A stretch of 63,256 nucleotides of DNA, filler included, from Octopus bimaculoides (lineage: Eukaryota): NCBI RefSeq assembly GCF_001194135.2. It is 6 parts of 6 records of this genome, joined end to end, with 100 filler letters (N's around TTAATTAATTAA, not from the genome) between each part and the next. Parts side by side here need not be neighbours in the genome. Positions count along the whole stretch, not along the records: positions 27,097 to 40,748 come from NC_068988.1; positions 40,849 to 56,864 come from NC_068998.1; 4 more parts are not named here. One strand, given 5' to 3'. The notes below the pieces were generated by a model, which was not told the DNA's origin, did no database searches, and was given only the letters and a program-made list of their open reading frames with translations. The translations under genes were made by a program, and so were the position numbers. Shown one piece after another: positions 38,641 through 51,539 of this stretch (its first letter is position 1; each line of letters starts with the position of its first letter).

Positions 38641-39419
38641 GCATCCGTTTATGAAATGGTCAAGCGGTTAATCATCTTCGTACATCTCTCAATTTATGTA
38701 ATTGAAATGTTTTCCTCTCAATGCTTTCGAAGCATTCTCAACGCAGCTGTTGATTTATTGGCCGATTTTATTCCTAAGAATGTTACCAAAGTGAAAATAC
38801 AGACCAGCAAGCCGAACATAATTTCTAAACAAAAGTGTGCTATTTCTCTATCACATACGAACATAAAGGAAATTTATAAATAAATCTAAAATACCCCGAG
38901 GTATTTCAGCTTCATTTGTTTACGACAAAACTCCTGATTTATGATAAGATAAACATTAATGACTGCAGTTCTACGATTAGTGCTGTCGGTCGTGTTGGTT
39001 TGGTTTTAATTTCTTTAAATAAATAAGTAGTTAAAAAGTTCTGGCAGGCGGTTAATTGATATAACACATGACAAAAGCATCTTGGAAAGACTTGATATCA
39101 GAATATTATCTATTGAAAATGTTTAACAGAACTCGTTGTCATCGATGTCATGTATGGTCCACCAGCAGCGCATTGACGACGCTATAACGAAAATATTCCC
39201 GATTAAGCGCTGAGTTCTCCATCTGCTTTACCACTCTTCTGGTATTGTCCATCCATTGCGTTCTTTGACTGTCTTTGACTACTCTCGACTCCTCCCTTCC
39301 ATGATCATATTTTTTAGACCTCTGTACACTACTTAAATTGTAAGGAGTTGCCTTTACTATTAAAAAAAAATTGTATATTTCTAGTTATTATAATTAATGT
39401 AATCGTATTTTTCATACGA

Positions 39420-39700
39420 TTTTGTCCCAAACAGAGCTTGAGGCCACTGCAGAGAAGGTTAAGAAGACTACATATCCGAATGATGTCGATTGACAGAAAA
39501 CTTAAAGGACTGAATTTGATAGAGCAGAGGGAAATGAGATGGAAGTGAGTTCCAGAGGGCAACAGTTTGAGGAAAGAAACTGTTAGAATAAAGAGACGCA
39601 TGACTAAGAGGAACCTCAACAGAGAAATGATGCACCTGGGAAGAGAAGGCCTTGATAGAGGGCTCTAGAGCAGAATGTTAATCAAAGCAATGAATATAGA
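39420..39700 (-). mobile_element. LINE (CR1/Jockey group) 3' end
   Basis: Minus-strand YSNSFFPQTVALWNSLP at 39541-39590. Confidence 0.7.
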
Positions 39701-40369
39701 GATAATTATTTACTGTGATATCCTTGGTGTACTGTTCTTTTTCAGTTATTATTAGTAACATGAGAAGCCCGATAGATTACAAGATTGTTAAGACTAGATT
39801 AGACACCTGGCATGCTTTTACGTTCTGAGTTCAAATCCTGCCAAGTTAAGCGTTATTGAAGTCAATAAAATACTTGAATCAGTTTCTGATCTTTAGATTC
39901 AGATTGACCCCCGGTTGAGCAAAGATATGAACAAAGGAATCCCAGCCGTGACCATCTCCTTTTATTAGTCATTCTCCATGTAGAACTACAATAGCTAAAA
40001 TATAATGACTTTTTTCATGACATTACGATGTGATATGAGGGACAAGTGACTGCTATTTCTAGGAAGTAGAGTAACCACCTCGTAGTGGTGTTTCTTCTAT
40101 CCGGAAGTTTTAGTAAAGTAAAAGAACGATTTAATAGGAAGTCCCATCAATAATAAAATCATTTACCAAATCTGTGTCCATGTGAAAAATCATTATTCCA
40201 TTAGAAATGTATTGATGTACGGAATAGCGCACAGTGAATGATGTAATACGTACAGTGTTTCCGTATAAGGTACAATGTTCTGTGTACAGTGCAACCACGT
40301 GTGTGTGTGTATGTGTGTGTGCGTGTGCGCGCGCGCGCGCGCGCGTGGTTTAAAGATGGTACATCGGAA

Positions 40370-40466
<97 letters not shown>

Positions 40467-40748
40467 CGCGCGCGCGTGGTTTAAAGATGATACATCGAAG
40501 AACGTGCTTGAAATTTTCATAAGCTGATCGGTAGCGAAAACTTTTCATTAAAATGTGATGCACCATGTGAAAACGTCAGTAATATTTTCACAGTAAAACT
40601 ATTATGTGAAAACATTTGTTATGTGAAAAAATAACTTTTTATCTTTATGAAGATAAACATATAGAAAATATTTACATTCTGTGTTAAATAAAACCTTTCG
40701 TGTTCACATAAATAAATGGAACATATATAAATTTAGTGCATTTGCAAC

Positions 40749-40848
40749 NNNNNNNNNNNNNNNNNNNNNNNNNNNNNNNNNNNNNNNNNNNNTTAATTAA
40801 TTAANNNNNNNNNNNNNNNNNNNNNNNNNNNNNNNNNNNNNNNNNNNN
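40749..40848. other. Artificial 100-bp scaffold join with TTAATTAATTAA
   Basis: Spacer at 40793-40804. Confidence 0.95.
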
Positions 40849-40879
40849 ATATATATATATATATATACATATTTATCTT

Positions 40880-41140
40880 TATTTTTTACTTGTTTTACTC
40901 ATTTGACTGCAACCATATAGGGCATTGCATTGAAGAGTTTTAGTTGAACAAATGATCCCAAGACTTAAGTTTTCTTAAGCCTAGTACTTATTCTATCATC
41001 TCTCTTGCCGAACTGCTAGGTTACAGGGACATAAACACGAACACTGGTCGTCAACGGTGGTGGGAGACATACACACACACACATATACGACAGGCTTCTT
41101 CTCTCTGTTTGTGTCTACCGAATCCACTCACGAGGCTTTT
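40880..41140 (-). mobile_element. Family A SINE, degenerate
   Basis: CATTTGACTGC...GCCTAGTACTTATTCTATC...CCGAACTGCTAGGTTAC. Confidence 0.75.
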
Positions 41141-41639
41141 TTAGCAACCATTCTTTCCTGTTATGAATCACTTCTGTTTCCCTGCCTACTGTCTCCCTCA
41201 ATCACCTTCTTCTTGTATCTTCTCTCCCCTCTGCTGTTCTCCGCCAGTAACAATTCACTTATGAGTTATCACCCTCAATGCCCTCACTTATCTGCTGCAG
41301 CCCTTGCCCTCAAGGCTTTCCAATATTTTTATCCATCACTTACTTCAGTCACCTCTATCCTGCTCACCTCACCCAGTCCAAACCTCTGTGTCACCAACCT
41401 ATTCTTACCACCACCAATATCCCTCAAAGGCATGTTCTGACATCTTTACCACCATCTCTTACAATTGGACTCTTTATATTACTCTCAAACACCCCACCCT
41501 TTCTTTTGCAACTGGTGTATCCATGTATTTACTCTACAGCAAGACAGACATCTCTGTCATTCTATACCTTTAATTTCTCAACAGGTACAAAGCCTCTATT
41601 CCATTCCCAGTTGAGAGGTTTTTGTCTTGTAACGTACTT

Positions 41640-41927
41640 GGTGGCTTTGTTGGGGATGATGCCACTTAAAAAGAACCAGTGTTGAAGCTACATGAAAAAG
41701 CATTGGCGCTGCTGCTATGTAAAAAGCACCCAGTACACTCTATGAAGTGTTTGGTGTTAGAATGAGCATCCATTTGTAGAAACCATGTCAAACCAGACAG
41801 TGAAGTCTGGTGCAGCTCCTCACCTTGCCAGTGCCTGTCTAACCATCCAACCCATACCAGCAAGGAAAATGGACGTCAAATATTGATGGTGATGATGAAG
41901 ATGATGATGATGATGATGATGATGATA
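41640..41927 (+). mobile_element. Short retroposon with (GAT)n tail (family C, RTE-like 3' end)
   Basis: AAAAGCACCCAGTACAC...CCATCCAACCCATACCAGCAAGGAAAATGGACGTCAAA(TGA)n; minus copies at 48235-48305 and 50240-50430. Confidence 0.7.
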
Positions 41928-43112
41928 TCTGCCCATATAGAAATACATATTACTGCCAAAATGTTGCCTTTAAAATAACGTTTTATCTATTGTATATATT
42001 GAAAAAATAAATACTTCCAAGACTTACATCAAATCATCCTGATGCAAATATTAATATATAATGGAGTACATAGCATTTAAAGTGGTATTATAGCACCATA
42101 CTTAATATTGAAAGATATGTAGACAGCATGCATATATGTGTGGAAACAATTTGAGTTGCGAAAATCAAATCAACTTAAAAGTATATAAAGGAACTTTGTG
42201 ACCCTCAAGAGAGTTTCTGGATACACAAAGCATTTTTATATATCATGTATATTAAATATATACGTAAATATACAAATAAATAACAGACAAAGAGCTCAGT
42301 CTTCAGCAATATGGTAACTCAAATGTTCTATGGATGACCATTAAATATGGTGCGGAGATCACCTTATTGCAAAGAATATTAGACTAAGCATGCAATTTCT
42401 GCATAGTGAGAGGATCTAGTTTGCTTAATGGATAGACATATAATTGAGAATTGCCTACTGAAACCTTCTTCATTAAATCTCTTGACAATTATTCATCAAT
42501 AAATACATTTCTGATGCAATGTATGAGAATGATTACCATCACAAATAATGTGCTGAATCGTAAAATGTTTATGATATTTTTTATGTTATATCCAATTAAA
42601 CGATTAATATCGAAATAAATCAAAACATCTTGATGGAAATCTCGATATATGTAATATACAATATGCACACCATTTAAAATGATTCTATAGCACTGTAATT
42701 AATAACCAAAGACACACGAAAGACATATAAATCTCAATAAAATGAAATACAAAAAATATATTTCAAGGACCATCACTAGATTTCCTGGAAATATATACAA
42801 GTGTTATAACCTGTATAATTAAAGATAATGATAGCCATCACATGGCTCCATCTTCAGTGAAGTCTATAGTGAGAATGGCAACTTCAGATTTTCTCTGACT
42901 ATCCTTCAATTTTGGTGTGATCACTTGCTGCATAGAGCAGCTTCTTCTAAATATATAATGATGTCATTATGAGAAGATCTGCTTGCTTACTGAGTAGATA
43001 TGAATTTCTGGATTGACCATTCAAAACTTCTTTTTTTTATCTCACAACGATGATTTATCAATAAATGTGGCTGTTTTTATCTCACAACGATGATTTATCA
43101 ATAAATGTGGCT

Positions 43113-43445
43113 CACTTCCAATCCATGCAGTTCTACTATAGTCTTGGGCTGACCAAAGCCTTGTTAGCCAATTTGATAGATGGAAACTGAAAGAAGCCCA
43201 TCATTTATGTGTGTGTGGGGAGGATTTTTGAGTGTTCTGTGTTTGTTCCCCCACCACTACTTGACAACTAGTGTTGCTGTGTTTATGTCCCTGTAACATA
43301 GCAGTTCAACAAAAGAGACTGATAAAATAAATAACCAGGTTTAACAAAGAAAAAAGTACTATGGTTAATTCATTCACCTAAAAATTCTTCAGGGTGGTTC
43401 TCCAGCATGGCTGAAGTCTAATGACTGAAACGAGTAAAGAACAAA
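43113..43445 (+). mobile_element. Family A SINE, head-truncated
   Basis: GACCAAAGCCTTG...GGAAACTGAAAGAAGCCC...TGACTGAAACGAGTAAAGA. Confidence 0.8.
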
Positions 43446-44619
43446 GGATATAATTCACGTGACATATAATAAAAGGAAATAAATATAAAATAAAAACCAA
43501 TCCCAAACCCCTTTTGGGGCGTTATGTAGATATAATAGAATAGCAAGGTGGCAATTGCTCCAGTGTAGATATTAGTTGTTGTAAAGAGTCTCATGCAAGA
43601 AATATGAAAGTTACACACACACACACACACATATTAGCACATACATACACTAACACACACTTGTGTTTGGCAGATAAGCAGCAGCAGACATAGAACTCAA
43701 TATATGTGTGTATGTAAGTGTGTGTGTGTGTACACATATATGTATGTATGTATATATATATATACACACTCACACATACTACAAGAGTTTTGTGCATTGC
43801 ACTTCATAAAACATTGCGATGAATTATAATTTTTTTTCCGGCATCTTTGATCAAGAGTATTATTGGAAAGTAGCAAGATAATACATTTTTAAATCTGTCA
43901 GTTAAGTAAAAAGGAAGGATAAAAAGTTAGAATAAAAAGATTGTGAAGTAAACTGTATATATACATGTATAACAATATACATACATGTACTTAATTACAA
44001 AAAAAATGAATATACACGTATGTACTTAATCTTAAAAAAAAAATGTTCAGATACACAGACAGACATACATCTGAATAAAAGTAACATATAGCATATACGT
44101 ACACATACATACTCAGTTTTTATACAAACATTTATAAAGAGATATAAAAAGAAACATGCAGAAACTGTATACACATGCATTAGGTGCAGAAGAAGTGAAG
44201 AGATAGGATCTAAAACATTCATTATATATAGAGAAAAAAGGAATAAAAATTGCAGTCATGATGAGGCATGCTATCACTAGCATACATACATACATACATA
44301 CATACATACATACACATGTGTTTGTGTATATATATATTCAGTCGCACACATACATGCATATGTAAATGTACGATTACAAATTTATTTACTTGCTCACTTG
44401 GAAATGTGTATATGTGAATTGATAAGCACTCACTCAAAGACGCATATCTTCAATTATATACACACATGCACTAGGTAAGAAAGAAAGGCCTGTTGCATTT
44501 TCGATACGAACACTTTGAAGATATATTTTCAATAAGTATGATCAAATAAACATTTTCTTTGCTGATTACTTTATAACATAGTGGTTAAATCCATATTGAT
44601 TTTTACCCCTTTAAGATAA

Positions 44620-44900
44620 GTTTATATCAGATACTGCATGCTGTATGAATTCATAAGGGGCTCTTCATCAATAAAAGCATCAACAAATATTTTTTCTACT
44701 TACAGTTATCATTCTTTAAGTGACGGTCTAGACATGCCAACGAGGGTTTGGTCAGTTTCACTCAGGAAATTTTACTCTTGCAGATTGTCCTCAATCTGGA
44801 CAATCAAATTCTGCCAATATTGAATTTCTTCAGAAGTTGAGGTAAAAAAACCACTGCAAAAGAATTAGCAAAAGAGTTCAATTTAAGTTGCATTTAGATC
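44620..44900 (+). mobile_element. Mariner transposase N-terminal relic
   Basis: MLYEFIRGSSSIKASTNI resembles mariner MLYEF..G.....A..NI; downstream TAKELAKEFN-like HTH remnant. Confidence 0.6.
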
Positions 44901-45024
44901 ACAAAATACCTTTATGAACAAGGAAAAATATGTAAACTTGATCTGTTGGAGACTCATCATTCTAAACAGCCTTTTAACTTTGTTAAAGAGTTGCCTTCTG
45001 CTTGTTATTCAAGATTTAACTTAC

Positions 45025-45210
45025 CATTGCACCTTTCCAGGCTAGAATTATTACAAGCAATGTACAGTGTGTTCTTTATCATTGTATCCAGGGAAAATAA
45101 GAAAGGTAAAAAGTGAGTCCATTCCCAAATGTAAAAAGTGAGTCCAATCCCAAACCAAGAATTCACCTCATGGAACAAAACGCATACTGATATCGGATCA
45201 TTGTGTGATT
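45025..45210 (-). CDS. Candidate symmetric (phase 1-1) exon, 186 nt, unknown product
   Basis: TTTTTTTCAG| acceptor and G|GTAAGT donor; one frame open. May be non-coding. Confidence 0.25.
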
Positions 45211-45864
45211 CTGAAAAAAATTGTTTGCAAACAAGACAAAAAAGAAAAATAAAGGAATACATCCACAAAACCCCTCAATAACTGCATAACAAAAACACAC
45301 AAAAGGTAAACCTTAACATGCATAAACCAATAAGGAGTGAAGTTGAAGACCTTGCATCAAAATTATAAACTGACAGCAGAAGTGAATGTTCTGCAGAAAG
45401 ACAATTATATCACTGAAAGGCCACCATATTTTATGCAGATTAATAAGCGCTATAAAAGAGCACAAGCAAAACAAAAAAAGCAAAAAAACTGGCAAACATC
45501 AAATCAAAAATGTGATAAACAACAGGACTTATGCAATGTAAAAGTAGAAAATCTATCATAAACTAGTTCCAAAAACATAACAGTAAAAAAGTTATATAAA
45601 TTCACAACATTATCCATCTATCAGAATATTTTTATTGAAACAGGAGTTAACCATGAAGTTCATTGCAACGAGTGCTCAAAAGCAGGCATAATTAAGCATG
45701 CAAAAAATCCCTGTCATTCCACTATCAAGCCTGGGTAAAAGAAGAAAATAAGGAACTTTCGTAGGTGTGCAATGCTATGATGGTGCATACATACATACCG
45801 ATATATATTTAAACACCCACATGCATAGAGAAAGAGAGAGAGATTGATTCATTTATATGCATAT

Positions 45865-45923
<59 letters not shown>

Positions 45924-47849
45924 NNNNNNNNNNNNNNNNNNNNNNNNNNNNNNNNNNNNNNNNNNNNNNNNNNNNNNNNNNNNNNNNNNNNNNNNNNNNN
46001 NNNNNNNNNNNNNNNNNNNNNNNNNNNNNNNNNNNNNNNNNNNNNNNNNNNNNNNNNNNNNNNNNNNNNNNNNNNNNNNNNNNNNNNNNNNNNNNNNNNN
46101 NNNNNNNNNNNNNNNNNNNNNNNNNNNNNNNNNNNNNNNNNNNNNTTGTTTTGGAAATATTTTTACAATTGCTTCCTCCAGAGTCATTATCCCAATGATG
46201 ATCATATTTGTTGCAAAAAATCCTGTAACAAAAATCACCGCAAAAAATCGCAGTAATCAAAACATAGGAATCCAAAATTTCAGGATTGCAGGTCTGGATT
46301 CGGCCCAGAATGTTTTTAATTTACTCACAGAGTTAGCCTTTAGATTATAGAAATTGCTATCATACAAAAAAGTTTGTTGTAAAAAGTCACATAAAAAAAT
46401 CGCTGTAAACAATCACAGTAACGAAAACTTGGGAAGCCAAAATTTCAGGAATGTGGGTCCAGATTTGGCCCAGAATGTTTTTAATTTACTCATAGAGTTA
46501 GCCTGATTCCAAAATGGTATGATATGTTGGGCTACGGCCTCTAGGAGTAAAGTTGAAAAAGTGTGACACACTGGCATTCATATTTATTATATTAGATATG
46601 TTTAATCTTTGGGAAAATTTATTTCAATTAAAGTGTATTTTATATATATATGTTTGTGTAACTGTGTGTGTGTGTGCGTGCATCTGTGTGTGTGTGTATA
46701 TGTGCGTGTGTGTGTGTGTATTAAAGAAAGCAAAAAATAAAACAAAAATGATAGTACTCAGTATGTTGATGACAGAATTTGTCAAAGAGACATGATTAAA
46801 CAAAGTTGTACATCATCTCCCTGTTTCTCTCACACGCCCACTCTTTCTCTCTCTTTTATTATTACTCCCACTGCCACCATCAACTCTTTCTGAATTCCTT
46901 TATCTCTCTTTCTCTCACTCTTTTTCTTTCTCTCTCTCTCTCTGTCTCGGTACCATCCTCACCATTCCTATGCTTATTATTACTCTCATCCCATCATGAG
47001 GAATAGTAGGAGTGTCATTGAATATTGAAAGAGGGAGGCTAAGTGTAAGACATCGACACACAGAAATTAGTTTTTGCATTTATTATATTAGATATATATA
47101 TATATGTATATATATTTATATGTGTGTCTTTGTGTCTGTGTTTGTTCCCTCACCATCACTTGACAACCAATGTTGGTGTGTTTATGTACCTGTAGAATAA
47201 GTACCCGTAGAATATGTAGACTATGTACCCATCGAATATGTACAATAGAAAAAATACTAAGCTTACAAAGAATAAATCCTGAAGTCAAATTCTTCAACTA
47301 AATCCTTAAAATAAAGGTGGTGCTCCAGCATGGCTGCAGTCAGTCAAATGACCGAAATGAATAAAAGAATATATATATATACACACACACATAAATACTT
47401 GTATATATTTATTGAAAGAATATTTATGTATGTTTGTGTGTGTATACATTTACATACATAAATATTCTTTTAATAAGTGTATTCATGTATATATGCACAT
47501 ATATTCATATCGATGGATTCATATATAACTACACATTGTCAAAAGACAGATACGTCTGTGTGTATAAATACATATTGGTATGTATGTATGCACATATGTA
47601 CATATATTGCTTAAAGGAGATATTTCATAGACATAAACAAACAAAAGCTTATTTGAGAACAAAACAAATTTTCAATATTTTATGATTCCAGTTATTTAAT
47701 GCATCAATTAACTAAAATAGAATTTAAAATCTAAATAGGTCTTCAATTGCTTTGAGGTCCCTGATTTGAATTTACATATTTGATTATTCGCATATATATG
47801 TGTGCGTGTGTGTGTGTCGAAATGTTGTTTTGGGTAGGTGAAAAGGGCA

Positions 47850-48183
47850 AAGATCGCTTTTGGTCATGAATGATCACTGAGTTACTCTTAGAAAGTTCCA
47901 CTCCAAAGCACAGATATGGGCAAGGTCGTTTATGAAAGACTAGCTGTCATCCTGCATACCAGCCTGCCTTCTTCACACTACTGATGTTTTCCAAGAGAAA
48001 GGCAAAGGCTGATACAGATTGGCACCTGTGATGTTGTAACTCATTGCTGCAGCTCAGTAAACTGGAGCAACGTGAAATAAAGTGTCTTGCTGAAAAATAC
48101 AACACACAGCCCAGTCAGGAAATCAAACTCACTACTTCATGATTGGGAGCCCAATGCTCTACCTACTAAGCCAAGTGCCTTCA
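47850..48183 (-). mobile_element. tRNA-derived SINE (family D)
   Basis: Minus-strand head TGGCTTAGTAGGTAGAGC...GAGTTTGATTTCC followed by GCAAGACACTTTATTTCACGTTGCTCCAG. Confidence 0.75.
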
Positions 48184-49256
48184 CACATGTATGAGTAATG
48201 CTGTATAAATACACACATATACATATGCACATCACCAACTTCATCACCTTTGAACACTTGTTTGATGCTGGCATGGGTTGGACAGTTTGACAGGATCAGG
48301 CAGGTGAAAGGACAGCATCATGAGGGCTCTCAAGGTACAGGGTGAGTAGAAAAAGGTGGGGGATAGATGAACTGCAGGTGTGGGTGGATAGAGTTTGCAA
48401 GAGTGCTTGGAAGAGTGAGGGAGGATGGGTGAAGGACTGAATATAATGATTAAAGAACAGGTGTTGAATGAATAAGTAGGGGAGGTAAGGAATAATAGGT
48501 GACAACTGTAGAGATTGGGTTGGATTGAGGGGTGGATGTAAAGAATGATGGGTAATGTTTGGAGGCAGTCAATAATAATAGAGGTGAAGTATAACAGTGT
48601 TGTATAAAGAAAATGTACACCCATCCCAATAAGACATGGTAGTCATTATAAATAGACCTGGAGCTGGTTGACAGTAAAAGGTCAGGAAGGTCAGGAGGTC
48701 GAGAATACATATAAGCTGTGTTGATAGTCGTGTTTGTGCTGATACAGTATTATACTGTGATACTGAGTGGACATTATAACTATCCAGCCTTTTGAGGGTA
48801 ATAACACTGTACGACTGGGGAGTGGGGGTCGTACAGTGTCAGATAGAACCATTCTATCAATGGCTTCAGAATATAACAATATCTGTGAGAGCAACAACCA
48901 TTGTCAAAAGACAGGTACGACAGTGGCAAAAAACTGCATTACAAGCAGAATAGTAACGATGATGCAGAAAACAGGGAAAGGTGACAGAGAGAGAGATGGG
49001 AATGATTACTTAGGGTGCAAGGGCTGGGGGAGAGTGAGAGACGAATGTTGATGAGAAGGTGAGATGGCTTGGTGGCTCAGACGAGTGAGGGCAATACAAA
49101 CTGTGGGTGTAGAGAACAGTATTATAGAAGACGGAGGCATATAAAGTTAAATTGCTTTTGGTAGTGAGAGAATAAGTGATATCAAGGAATATCTGCAGTT
49201 ACAGAGAAGGGTGATGAGGTTGTCTTAGCAGGGAAATTGGACCAAAGGCCCAGTTG

Positions 49257-49300
<44 letters not shown>

Positions 49301-49479
49301 CATACGCATAGTGCTTCTAGAACTTAGTTTTGCTAAGTTGGGCAGATCTTCTCAAGAACTGCACATCACCAGTCATTCTGGTCTCTTGACATCTTCTTCA
49401 TGAGGATCAAGGTTTAGAAATAAACGTTCCTTTTCTACATGTAGCATCCACATTAATTTATTGGCATTTCTTTATATAA

Positions 49480-50110
49480 CTGTCCACATCCATAAACATT
49501 ACATAACCCTACCAGTGCAGTCTTTTTCCATGCATGCTACATCTGATTTTTCTTCAGTCGAGTTTTCTCTCAGCACATCTATACTATGTCATTCACTCAT
49601 TCCTACATTCCACACTCACCAGAGCATTCTCACTTCTCTTCTTTGTCTTCTCAAGTCCTCTACATCCAAGGTCCATGTCTCACCATCATGCTGCACTGCA
49701 GCACTAATGAAACAATCTGGTTTTCATTCTAAAAGAAAAGAGATTTGTTGCCAGCAGTGGAAGAAGTTCATTGAACTTTTTCAACATGTCCTTAGTGTGG
49801 CTCCTATATTTTCATAGCAACCACCTTCTTGGCTAATTACTTCTCAGAAACAAAAATTATTTCTAGCCATTTGGAATTTAAGAGAGTTGACTTTGACTCT
49901 CTTCATGTGTTCATAGTGCATATTGCTCCAGTGTATCTATCACATATGAAGCTTACAATCTCTGTTAGTCTGCCTGCAATTCTACGATACATAGATTCAT
50001 ACTATATATTGGCTACAGCATATGGTGTTTATACCTACATCTTCTCCACATATCAAGTAAGACCATTTCCTGCAAGATACTATGGTCCTGTCTTCTCTCA
50101 TCCCTAGGAA
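49480..50110 (-). mobile_element. Degenerate RTE-type LINE, RT C-terminal region
   Basis: Minus-strand remnants GKWSYLICGEDVGINTICCSQ, resembling an abundant octopus RTE family recognised from memory. Confidence 0.55.
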
Positions 50111-50239
50111 AACTTTACACATTGCTAAGTATACTTTGAGTCAATTCCTAGTTTAGCTTCCATGCTTGAACTTTCCACTTTAATTCCTTTTTAGTTTCAA
50201 GTATGAGGATATATATATATATATACATATATATATATC

Positions 50240-50430
50240 AACATTATCAGCATCAACATTTAACATCCATTTTCCATGCTGTCATAGGTTGGATGGATTG
50301 GCAGGAACTAGCAGAACCAGGGGCTGCATCAGATTTCCATAGTCTGTTCTGTGCCAACCACTTTACAGGGTGTACTGAGTGCTTTTTAAGTAGCACCATC
50401 ACCAGTGCTTTTTACGTGGCACCTTGGTTT
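50240..50430 (-). mobile_element. Family C retroposon
   Basis: CATCAACATTTAACATCCATTTTCCATGCTG...GGTTGGATGG is the reverse complement of the 41850-41927 tail. Confidence 0.75.
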
Positions 50431-50560
50431 TAGGATCTCAATTCTGTTGTGGCAGACAGGAAGGCATGCATGCATACATACATACATACATACATACATA
50501 CATACATAATTTAAAAAAAGATGTTTCTAAAAGTTATCAACTATTTCTTTTATTTTACAG

Positions 50561-50623
50561 AACATCACTAACCTTTGCAGAAGAAATTTGTATTTAACAT
50601 TTTGTCTAGTGGGCATTTTGTAT
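50561..50623 (+). CDS. Candidate phase 0-0 exon (NITNLCRRNLYLTFCLVGILY)
   Basis: TTTCTTTTATTTTACAG| acceptor, |GTAAGC donor, 63 nt; only one frame is open and it encodes a basic-then-hydrophobic stretch. Confidence 0.35.
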
Positions 50624-51539
50624 GTAAGCACTGTCGTTTTTCAACTTTTCAAACACATGTGTTCCAGACTATTGCATAACGAAAGAGTAGTCTTTTTATA
50701 ATAGTGTTAACTATTTTCGTCTTAGTTACAGATGTAGAATTTTTATAAAGTATGCTTATTCTACCTTTCACCATTGACCATTTTCATCTTATATCTTGTA
50801 AATGGGGAATATGCTAAATTATTGACTATTTTAAATGTTGACTATTTCTGGCTTAGCTTCAGATTTAGAATTCTTAAAAGTATTCTTCTTTTGCCTTTCG
50901 TGGTTGATCATTTTCATCTTTTAATTTTTAAAAGGGGAATATTTTAAATTCTCCATTTACACAAATGTCTAGATGTTTAGTACATGGTACATTCCTAAGA
51001 GATGAACTTTGATTCATTGTTGATGCACTATTATACAACTGGTTAGTTTTATCCCTGTTTCTCCAATGTAATTCTCATTGCATTGTGGGCATGTGATGTA
51101 GGAGATGAAATTTTTTTGGTTTTGCAATACATGATTTCATTCACTCTCAGTTCCTTCCCATTCTTAAATCTTTTGGTTGCTCCTTGCTCAATTATTTCAC
51201 ATCTCCCACATCGAAGGTCTTCATAGCTTTTTACTTGCATTATTTCTTTCTTTGATGTGAATCTTGCCTATGCTAGAAGTCTCTTGAAATTTGGTGGTTG
51301 TCTTCAGTTGATGATTTGTGATTTTTTTGTTGATATTCATGCAGCAAAGACAGAATATTAGTATTAGCACCTTCACACCAATTAAATATATGAATTTATA
51401 TATATANNNNNNNNNNNNNNNNNNNNNNNNNNNNNNNNNNNNNNNNNNNNNNNNNNNNNNNNNNNNNNNNNNNNNNNNNNNNNNNNNNNNNNNNNNNNNN
51501 NNNNNNNNNNNNNNNNNNNATATATATATAACGTGAGAG

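Noticed and set aside
45211-45268. Signal-peptide-like MWMYSFIFLFCLVC start of ORF 45005-45268
   Set aside because: The hydrophobic stretch coincides with a T-rich polypyrimidine tract ending in a strong acceptor, so it is more likely intronic.
48300-49250. Purine-rich 1-kb stretch with several short ORFs (similar in composition to the pyrimidine-rich 41150-41560)
   Set aside because: No identifiable motif; probably an old retroelement relic, but I cannot support a class.
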